Below are positions 1-15,383 of a stretch of 64,000 bases of DNA, piece by piece (within the stretch, counting starts at the first letter, position 1; the number at the start of each line of letters is the position of its first letter). The notes below the pieces were generated by a model that worked only from the letters and a program-made list of their open reading frames with translations, was not told the origin of the DNA and did not search any database. The position numbers and the translations under genes were made by a program. The stretch spans positions 70,928,001 through 70,992,000 of the forward strand of contig CM060733.1 in assembly GCA_030704615.1 (NCBI GenBank), in the 5' to 3' direction. The DNA is from Takakia lepidozioides. Lineage: Eukaryota > Plantae > Bryophyta.

Positions 1-1026
1 TGGTATGGAATTCTGGACAAGGAGCTCAAGAGAAGGGTGCGAGATGCAACCTTGTTACAAGCAGCCCAACCCACATTAGCAGATGTGTTTCTGCTGGCTG
101 AGCGGATTGAGCTCAACATGGTGGAGGAGCGAGTTGTCACCATTGGATTTGGCAAGGACATGCCTGCACGAGGCGCAGCTGCCAGCCCACAGGCACAAGG
201 TACTACCCAGCAGCGTGGTCAGGGGGGCAAGGTTTCCCAACCCAAGTTCCATGGAGCTTACAGGGGACCTCAGGTGCAGAGGCCCGTGGCATCTTTTGCA
301 GGCCAACAACAACCAGGGGTGATATGTTGGACATGTGGAGGACCCCATGTCAAGAGAGATTGCCCAGAGAGTGGCAGAAGGCCGGCACAAGCACAGCCTG
401 CACAGTTGCAGTGTGGGCATTGTGGCAAGTATGGGCATGGAGATGCCCAGTGTTATGACTTGCATCCTGAGTTGCGCCCAAGCCAGTTCCAAGGGAACAA
501 TGGTGGCCGGGGGCAAGGTGGACCAGCCCAGAGAGGACGAGTTGGTCGGGCACAAGGTGCAGGCCAAGGGCAAGCTCAACATAGCCAAGGACGCGGAGGT
601 CAGGGTGTTGATCAAGGCATGACCAACCGGCTTCAGCAGCTAGAGCAGAGGCTCGCTGCCATGGCTATAGCTCAGGCGGTACCGGCTCCCAGGCGGGATG
701 GTCCACCTCCTGCTCCTGAGGGAGGAGATATGGGAGGCATGGGATTTATGTGCGGAGCAGCACTACCACTAGAGCAGGTGGAGTCTGCTGCAGCCGTGAC
801 TCGAGGAGCAGCACGAGTTCCTGAGCCACGAGGTGCAGAGGTGGAATTGGATCCACAGCGTGGGAGGCAAGCCGTCAGGCAAGGCTTCCTCAGTCATTCA
901 CATTGGCGGAGACTGTATCGACGCCATCCATGGCACCTAGTTCTCGCCCGACTATTACCGAGCGGAGGTTACTATGCCATTGGGGAGAGCTACACGTGCA
1001 GCATTGACTCCTGCTGCCAAGGCTAG
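1..1026 (+). pseudogene. gag C-terminal part with two CCHC zinc knuckles; probable frameshift near 862
   Basis: CWTCGGPHVKRDC and CGHCGKYGHGDAQC plus a G/Q/R-rich nucleocapsid-like region. The N-terminal peptide closely matches the gag copy at 19070-19230. Confidence 0.8.
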
Positions 1027-1756
1027 TGCGGCCGGTGTGTTATTGGGGGCAGCCACCTCTGTATGTCAGGCCCCACTGTTCTCGGCAACAATGATTGCGA
1101 CGCCGGGGGTAAGGCCAGCTGCAGTGTTCAGACTAGCAGCAACACTCTGTGAGAGTGGGGAGGTCATTTCATCTTCTGCGGAGTTAGTGGAAGGTGTAGT
1201 GGCAGAGGGATCCTCGGATTTGAGGGTCAAGACTGCCACGGCTGCGCCCTGGCAAGCTGCAGCTGCCAGGTTGACGGAGCTGCCAGCTAGGCCAGCCTTT
1301 GAGCGCGCCATGGTGACACTTGGAGTTGTCTTGTTAGACAACCAGGGAGGCATTTTCACTTTGAGTGGACCGGTAGGCAAGAAGTACCGGCCACTGCGGG
1401 TCTTGTTGGACTCGGGAGCTCAGCCACTGATGTTGGGCAGAGCTGCTATTGCAGGTTTGGGCCTCATGGAGGCGGATATGGAGCCTTGCCTTTTCCAGAT
1501 ACAGACATCTCTGGGAGGATCAGAACAGGCTCGGGGCATGACAGGGCATCAGTTGGCCATTAGACTGTAGCCGGATCACCCTATCGATGGCTCAGTAATG
1601 CGAGCCAAGGCCATTGTGACAGACGCAATCTCTTACGATGTCCTCGTTGGTGGGGCAGTGTTATACCCCATGGGCTTCACCCTGGACTTTTGGGAGGAGT
1701 CAACATCCTACAGGCCTGGATAGCAGTCAGGCGATGGTCGCCGTGCACAGCTCCCT
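974..1756 (+). pseudogene. retropepsin-like aspartic protease domain
   Basis: RVLLDSGAQP active site and YDVLVGG C-terminal motif. In-frame TAG stops at 1568-1570 and 1721-1723. Same frame as the downstream MTase ORF. Confidence 0.8.
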
Positions 1757-2908
1757 GTGACATTTATTGGGGGTATAGCGGCTGCCCAGCGGGGCAAGAT
1801 GCCAACACTAGCCGCCTTTACAGCTGCAGTTAGTTGGCCTGGAGAGTTGCTGGAAGGCAATGCCCATGCAGAGGATGTGCCACCTCCAGCAGAGCAGGAT
1901 GACATGCATGGTATGGCGGAGTTGCCTGCCATGGTTGCTCACACTCCATTGTGGGGTACGAGCAAGGATTTGCAGCAGGTTGCTGATCGACGGGTACAAC
2001 AAGCCTGGGTAGAGGCTTTTGTTCCGTCAGGAGAGGAGGAGAGTGCGGGTATTGCACCAGGACCACCTCAGTTGTCGCCATTGGACACCACACCTCTTGT
2101 GTGGCAGCGGCCGGATGAAGGCATATGCCTTCTGGACTTGTTTGGCGGGATCAACACTGGATTGGCTGCAGTGCTGCAGGCAGGTGTACGAGTTCGACGT
2201 TACCTGTATGTGGAGAGGGATGAGACTGCACGACGCGTCTCACTGCGCCATGTTGCTCAGATGGTGCAGCAGTACCCTGAGTTGTTGCCGGTGTCTGCAG
2301 TTCGTGGATATCAGCAGGCCTTGCCAGCAGACATTGCGTTGCTGGGGGCGCAGGATTTGGAGCGGGTTGGCTCCATTGATCTGGTAGTGGCAGGTTGGCC
2401 CTGCCAAGGGCATTCATCAGCCGGGCATGGCAATGGATTGCGAGACTCGAGGACGGGTCTGTTTTGGGAGATGGTGCGGATTTTGCGCCACTTGCAGCTT
2501 CATCAGGCTGTATCTCCGGCATACATCTTGGAGAATGTGCCACTGATGGGTGATTCTCGGGCCAGGGTGATGGCCAGTGTGCATCAAGTCCGGTCGTGGC
2601 TTGGGTCAGCAGTGTTGCTGGATGCAGCTGCAGTGGGGTCACGGGCTCATCGTCCACGGCTTTGGTGGACTAATTTGATGCCACCCGCACTGCTCAAGCA
2701 TGCATTTGATGGGGTGCAGCGCCCAGTACACCTCACTGTGGATGGCATTTTGGACACAGGGAGGCAGTCTCAACGTGTGAGACATAATGACCGTTCGCCG
2801 TTGGCAGTGGTCAACAGGATGGGTCACCCACGAGCAGCATTACCTACATTGCTCAGCTTCCCAGGCTCCCATGGCTTTCGAGAACCTTGCCATCGCACAA
2901 CACCGTGA
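1757..2908 (+). CDS. C5 cytosine DNA methyltransferase domain of the retrotransposon polyprotein (motifs I-VIII; C-terminally truncated)
   Basis: Motif I LLDLFGGI (~2129), II YVERD, IV DLVVAGWPCQG with catalytic PC (~2399-2404), V DSRTGLF, VI ILENV (~2531), VII LDAA, VIII AHRPRLWW (~2648). Frame is open throughout. Confidence 0.88.
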   Translation: MTFIGGIAAAQRGKMPTLAAFTAAVSWPGELLEGNAHAEDVPPPAEQDDMHGMAELPAMVAHTPLWGTSKDLQQVADRRVQQAWVEAFVPSGEEESAGIAPGPPQLSPLDTTPLVWQRPDEGICLLDLFGGINTGLAAVLQAGVRVRRYLYVERDETARRVSLRHVAQMVQQYPELLPVSAVRGYQQALPADIALLGAQDLERVGSIDLVVAGWPCQGHSSAGHGNGLRDSRTGLFWEMVRILRHLQLHQAVSPAYILENVPLMGDSRARVMASVHQVRSWLGSAVLLDAAAVGSRAHRPRLWWTNLMPPALLKHAFDGVQRPVHLTVDGILDTGRQSQRVRHNDRSPLAVVNRMGHPRAALPTLLSFPGSHGFREPCHRTTP

Positions 2909-3394
2909 TACGTTGAGGTATGCTACCATACGTGGTGGGGGCTACCGTCCTGGGGTTCGGAGATTCAACCCTGGTGACTATGTCTATTTGCAACAGACTG
3001 CTCCTACGACCTTGGATGTGACTGCAGGACGTGTTATTTTGAGGGTTCGAGAGGTCTTGCCCTCAGGCGTCTTGGTCTTGGAGGGTCGGAATGGCATAAC
3101 ATGGAAGGACCATGTGCGTAATTGTGCGCCATGTCACCTTCCGAATGTCGATGGCAGGATTGACCCAAACCTGGCAGTGGTATCTGCAGGTTGAGGTGCA
3201 TGTTGTGTGGGTCTGCTAGAGGGGCAGCCACCATGCTGGTGTGTGATCGGTGCTCTAGAGGTTGGCATATGGGATGCTTGACGCCACCTCTTGAGAGGGT
3301 TCCGGATGGGGATTGGTTATGTCCACATTGCATGGATAGTGGGAGTGGATACAACCATGCAAGGCTAACAAGAAACGCAAGGCCCAGCTACTAG
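2880..3394 (+). pseudogene. integrase C-terminal (SH3-like) tail followed by a PHD finger; 1-nt frameshift at ~3191
   Basis: ENLAIAQHRD..RY...RRFNPGDYVYL resembles a Gypsy IN tail. CMLC..MLVCDRC.RGWHMGCL.PPL..VPDGDWLCPHC is a canonical C4HC3 PHD. Confidence 0.85.
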
Positions 3395-3597
3395 GAGACC
3401 TGGAACACACGAGATCTTGGCTCAGGTTCACAGATTGCAAGACGGCGACTAACGATGGGGCTATTCTTGTACCCGGCCTCTTGGTCTATAGAGTTTTGAG
3501 TGCCATAGGGACAGTGATAGAGGACTTAGTACGCTGTGGCTATTACATCTTGTAGCTATCTGGAGGAGAGGACCTATCCACCAGCTAGGGGGGTGAT

Positions 3598-4032
3598 TGT
3601 GGTAGACTACTTTATTGTGCATATATGTGTGGTGTGGTTTGGACAGCGATGTAGTTGTGTAGCGATACGTATGCGCACGACAGCTGTCAAGTTAAATAAG
3701 CACAGTGTGAAACTAACTAGAATAAAACTAGTTATTGTATTAACACTTGGATTTGGTTCAAGTGTTAAGTCAGGTGTCAAGTTTGAGCTTGACACCTGAA
3801 CTATCTTATCTTCACGAGAGCGGCAGTCGCGCAGCTCATCTCTCTCGAGTTGAGCCTGCGCGACCGAGCTCCTGCATCGTTTAGGATTGAGAGTGCTTAT
3901 GATGGGAGTGTAGGTTGTTGTGGGGTGGAGTCCCCATAGCTTGGGGTGGCGGTAGACTACTTTATTGTGCATATATGTGTGGTGTGGTTTGGACAGCGAT
4001 GTAGTTGTGTAGCGATACGTATGCGCACGACA
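3598..4032 (+). repeat. 3' LTR-like region with an 82-bp exact direct repeat (3601-3682 = 3951-4032)
   Basis: Starts TG just after the PPT; both repeat copies end in GCACGACA; a diverged third copy of this end lies at ~4964-5009. Confidence 0.65.
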
Positions 4033-4503
4033 CCTGGTCTTCTCAGCTTCTTGTGAGCTGGTGATTTAGGGTAGGTTTGGATGGGGTGCTCCTCGGCCCT
4101 CGCCCAGCGCAGATTCTGGATTCGCAGCTCGTGCCTATTCAAGTTTTTTGTTGAGACACTAGCAGATGTAGCCCAATCCCCCTTGTCAACATTGCTCATT
4201 ATAGGGCTTCATTTACTTGGTTTTTGACCGCTCCCTTGCAATCTCTTCAGTTTGATCCCGCCGAATGGAATTGGATGTCGAAAGATCACCACCCTTTCTT
4301 CGGAGAGAGATGACTCCAGCCGAGGCCGGCGTAACTGAGAGCCACTTCGCCTTGCGGCTACTGCCCCCTTTCGGGGGTGGCCCCTATAAATGCTAGTTGG
4401 TTCCCGGAGGGCACGCCACGGTCCAGGGGTGGGTGAGTTTTGAGGGGAACCCCAGGGGTATATGTGGTATCACAAGAGCTCTTTCCGTTAGGAGAGGAAG
4501 GTG

Positions 4504-4537
<34 letters not shown>

Positions 4538-5215
4538 AAAGTTCCGGCCTAAGACTTTAATTTGCTAGACGATAGAGGAACCAGGGAACCACATGGCATC
4601 ATTAAACCAAGCAGAAGCAAGGAGGACCTGGTTGGCCACCAAGGCCCTTCCCACAATTGAAATGTGAGCTCCAATACTTGAATCTGGCCTTGAGTTTGTT
4701 AATGACAACACCACGCCGTTGTTGATCAGTAAGATCCAAACCTATGAGGTGACCAAGCAAGGTATGGGCCTGGCTAGGTTGAAGCTACCGGAACCCAAAG
4801 TCGTGTCCCAAGGGGGCAGTATGCGACGAGGAGGCTTGCGGGGAGAGCTTCGAAAGAAGGGCCACCGACTTTGGCCAGTTGATTTTGATATGCTCCACCC
4901 TCGATGAAAATGCCATACTCGGACTCGGAAAAAAGTCCAAAACATGAGACCCGCCCAACACTATTTTGGACACTGATATAGTTGTATAGCAATAGGTATG
5001 CGCACGACATCTTTTATGGCCTAACATAAGTATAAATTCTGATGAAAAAGTACATGTCTGTTTAGCTTATTTCATGACCTACAATATTGAATAGTACTGT
5101 GTTTTTGCTTATCTGTTGCGTAGTTGTGTAGTGAAAGTCAATGTATGTGCTTTTGCAAAGCAGTCAATGGGAAGGCCTATACCAGCCTCTGCACATGAAA
5201 TAAGCTAAAAGTAAA

Positions 5216-5390
5216 AGGTGGACGCGTTGCCGAAGCAAGCGCAACTTATGGTGTCACTTGACCCCATAGGGCTACTGCCTTCCGGTGGGAAGGTGGACAC
5301 CGTAATGACTTCCAACAGGTGGATTGAACCCACTACCACTCGTGAGAGGGTATGTGCCCTTACCACTGGGCTACATGCTGGTTGTCGTTG
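5216..5390 (-). mobile_element. tRNA-derived SINE
   Basis: Minus-strand A box TAGCCCAGTGG and B box GGTTCAATCC. Flanked by the 10-bp direct repeat TAAAAGTAAA (5206-5215, 5391-5400). Confidence 0.75.
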
Positions 5391-7272
5391 TAAAAGTAAA
5401 TTCATGGCGGTTTCAACCTCCAAGTGTTGATCATTTAATGAGAATGAAAGCAAGATTTGATTCTCTCTCTCTCTCATTTCTATGATAGGAAAGATGTTAT
5501 CAATTGTATCACATGGAATATGAAAAGTATGCTCTAGTTTATGAAATTGTTATGATGTTATAATAAAAGTGGTGTTATGTGGGTTGATGGATTGCAAAGA
5601 TACACAATAAGGATTCAGGAAGGTGGTATAGTAGAGTGAACACTAGGAGTAATGTAAGAACTTAATGCACATGTGCAATCTCTCACAAGATGGTATGCTG
5701 GTTTCTGGCATGTCAAATCTTCCCCACCCCCTCTTGAGAGTGACATGGAACTGAAGGAAGTGTAGCAGTAGGAGTGACGCTGGATTACGGGGAGGGATGT
5801 CAACTCCACTTGGGATTACACCGGGTTACACAGAAGGGACTGGAACTCTATTCGGGGTTACACCGATTTACACAAAAGGAAGTGTATCCCACACTTGGTC
5901 TCAAAATTTGGCCAAGTACAAATTTGGCTAAATATAAAGTGTACTAAGAGGAGTTACACAAGATACATGGTGACACTACCAAGGGTTGAACCCGCCTTGG
6001 AAGGAGAGGCGAGGCCTTGCAATTACACATGTTTAGATTTTGAGGAGCCATTTTTTGATCCAGCTAGATGAGTGACACCTTTAAGTATGAGAGAATGAAT
6101 GCTTCATGTCTTTGCGTTTGTAAGCCTTCACAGCCATTTTGTCTGATCACACCCCTGTGCCTTTTTATCAAAAAAGAAAAGAATGAATTCAAAATGTAAT
6201 CCAAGTTTGTAAGCAATTTTCATCTCAGTTTCCAGATTTGGTTCTGCAAGAAACAACTCTTGTCTCAAGTTCGCCAGGAGTCCATCATTTGCACACACCG
6301 GGCCTATTGCCTGATAGATTTTTTGCAGTGTATTCTTATGCTTAGAATTGACGGCTCCACATCTCACAAACAAACACTGATTCAATTCATGTGAACGTTC
6401 AGTGGCTTGGGGGATGTCTGTACAGCAGCCTGTCTCAGTCACTGTGCAAAACTAGAGTGACTCTTTTCAAAGATGACCAAATAATGTCTGCTGATCATTT
6501 GTTTAGAGACCATGATCAAAATATGTTTACTTCTCGTTCTTGACATTCCTTCAATGGGCCAAGAATGTCTGATGGCTTACCCAGACACCCTCTGATCACT
6601 CAATATTAGGAGCAGGAGACAAACCCTTGAATTTTGCACCATTGCATTCGACCTTAGAAGCTGGAGAGAGAAGTTGTGGCCTTCCACTGCTCTTCATTAA
6701 GGGGTACATACATGCATCAAGTGTGGAAAGGCTTTCTAATCTGGAAAATCCAGAGTCAAATTCATTTTTACAAGGTGGGTCACACCACTACGTGCTGCTA
6801 GTGGCTGACCTGTCCTACAGTCTCCTTACCTGTTCTGATACATTTGGACCAAGTGGTTCTAAGGCCACAAGGGTGCCACAAAGTAAAGTTGACTGACTGC
6901 ATCGGACTGCAGCAATAACACTCTAGACAACTCAAAGTAGAGTAAATCATGACATATTACCACGCTTGGTACCTGTGAGAATACCCTATAGGTACTATTC
7001 CAATGTAAATATCATGGCTTTACATAACGAAATTTTTGCCTTCTAATATAACAACCCTGGTAAAATGCAACTTATCAGGCTACATAAAGATAAAACATAC
7101 CCACACCACGTCAAATCACAGGGCATGGGCGGTCTGCAGATGGAAGCCAGCCGCCTGACAATCGCAAACATGGCGACTACCATATATCCAAGGTTAACTG
7201 GTGGTGCTAGACATGGGGTGACGTGGCATTTGTTGATCCTCCCACAAACAACTAGTTAGCTTCACTGAACAC

Positions 7273-13814
<6,542 letters not shown>

Positions 13815-14501
13815 TGCGCCCCCTGAACTGCTGATTGCACGATACTCGAAACCCAGGCTACTGTAACAATACCTTACAGTGTCTGAGCATGGTGCCTGAT
13901 TGCAACAGCTAAATGTAGCCCAACTTGGCAAAACCACAATCGAAGTCACCTCCAATTACGAGGCAACTTGAAATCTAGGCAGACCCACAAATAAAGTATG
14001 CACTCTGTCTTCCAGCAAATACTTCAAAATCACTTACCCAAAAGAAGGATCACAAATCCCAGGAGACTCTGATGAGCCTCTTAGGGCACACAGAGAGACA
14101 AACGACACAATAGCAAGACGAGAAGAACGTCAGAGGGGCTTATGAAGAATCCGCGTTTTGAAAAACCAAGTGGTCGTGTGTGACTCGGAGACCCAATTGA
14201 TAAGACACACCAAATTCACGACTCAACTTCCAGAAGGAATGGGTTGAATGAGGAGATTGAGGAAAGGAGCCTCTTTCCTGGAGAGGGTGCAAGGCTGTGG
14301 TAAGTAGACCCAGTTTCGCCGAAAAGGGCGATTGATTCTTTCAGAATACTGCAATTTTAGGGCTTCTACCTAGTCCGGGGTTCACAGTTCTTTTCGAGAT
14401 GCAGAACACGGAACCAGGGCTGTTTCAGAGTTAAATTCATCCAGGCTGTTATCTGTACTCACTTCACCTTCACTACTTACTTTCATTGCTCTGTAAATTC
14501 A

Positions 14502-14679
14502 CGTGAGCAAGTAGCCGGGTGGCTGGGTGTTTGTGCCTTGCCTGTGCGTAACCTAGGTGATACTGGGTTCAATCCTTCAACATGTGCCTTCAGACCGTCC
14601 ATTGGGCCCTCGATGGCCTGCGTGTTGAGCAGTAGGCTCTCTAAATTCACTGGAGTTAAAGAAACTTTATCTTATCTTA
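14502..14679 (+). mobile_element. tRNA-derived SINE upstream of VPS4
   Basis: A box TAGCCGGGTGG, B box GGTTCAATCC, (TCTTA)n tail, 12-bp TSD TCTGTAAATTCA (14490-14501, 14680-14691). Confidence 0.7.
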
Positions 14680-14761
14680 TCTGTAAATTCATTGGACGTT
14701 AAAGAAACTTTATCTTATCTTATTGTTGTTTATAGTACATAAACTTACTTGTAGTGTAAGG

Positions 14762-15270
14762 TGTGAAGGCCCATTTCCTCCTGGTGACTTATTTTCCTAT
14801 TTCATCCATCCATCTATACTCATTCATCTAGTGTATTTTTTTCGCTTAACCATTAAACCGTTACACTCATAGTTAAGTTAGGGGTTAGTTTATATGCTAG
14901 CTTCGTTTTTGCCGTCCAATCAATCTATGGCCGGAAAGAGGCGCCTCGGGCTCAACCTATTGCGCCTCACCACGTGGCATGCAGCAGGCACCTAGGGTTA
15001 GTGTATAAAGCGGCGGCCTGACTTGTGTCAAACGACCTGGTGTACTCTGGTGAAACGTATGTGTAAAGGTGTGAGAGCTTCATTCGTGTTAAGGAATCCT
15101 GTCAGTTGTAGTGTGAAGCTGCAATATAGTTTTAATTTTACTTGTTGCGGGGATGAAGTGTACACTTGCCCTCTTGTTGGTTTTCTGTTTTCATCGTGGA
15201 GTGCATACTGTCTTTGGAGACAAATACATCTGGTTGTGCGGAAGGACATGGCAGCAGAGGGGATTCGACC
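14762..15270 (+). mobile_element. diverged LTR (14762-15248) plus PBS-like site, related to the LTRs of the dUTPase-bearing Gypsy element
   Basis: Starts TGTGA. Shares CTAGGGTT..GTATAAAG.GGCGGCCTGAC.TTGTGTCA and TGTACTCTGGTG with the reverse complement of 62066-62523. Ends CA, followed by tRNA-complementary-looking TGGCAGCAGAGGGGATTCGA. Confidence 0.6.
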
Positions 15271-15383
15271 GCATCTGTGGCCTATCCTTGTGCAAGGCAG
15301 ACACACGGGCAAACCAAGGACGTACTGCCTCAAGCCTCCTATGTTTTTATTGCAGATGTGATGTATATGTTTTTGCGGAGACT

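Larger units (their letters stand above)
1..4032 (+). mobile_element. Ty3/Gypsy-like LTR retrotransposon carrying a cytosine DNA methyltransferase and a PHD finger; 5' end lies outside the window; RT-RNaseH-integrase core deleted
   Basis: Collinear + strand order: gag with two zinc knuckles, LLDSGA protease, C5-MTase motifs, integrase C-terminal tail, PHD finger, PPT (AGGGGGG, 3587-3593), then TG-starting LTR-like region ending ...GCACGACA at 4032. Confidence 0.85.

Noticed and set aside
1757-2908. Bacterial restriction-modification MTase, or host MET1/CMT/DRM gene
   Set aside because: It is embedded in frame in a gag-protease polyprotein with PPT and LTR; no introns, no BAH or UBA domains, no DRM-type motif permutation and no neighbouring endonuclease.
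4505-4534. Poly-C tract, plus poly-G at ~20147-20160 and poly-T at ~44823-44845
   Set aside because: Simple homopolymers with uncertain assembled length and no supporting function.
5310-5380. tRNA genes here, at 14510-14580 and at 34850-34920
   Set aside because: Only A/B-box-like motifs without a complete cloverleaf; two are SINE heads with TSDs and the third is a weak match inside a CACTA element.
13815-13955. N-terminal extension of VPS4 suggested by the ORF track
   Set aside because: Non-ATG start; the conserved start is MYSNFKEQ and an AG acceptor lies just upstream, so this is probably a 5' UTR intron.
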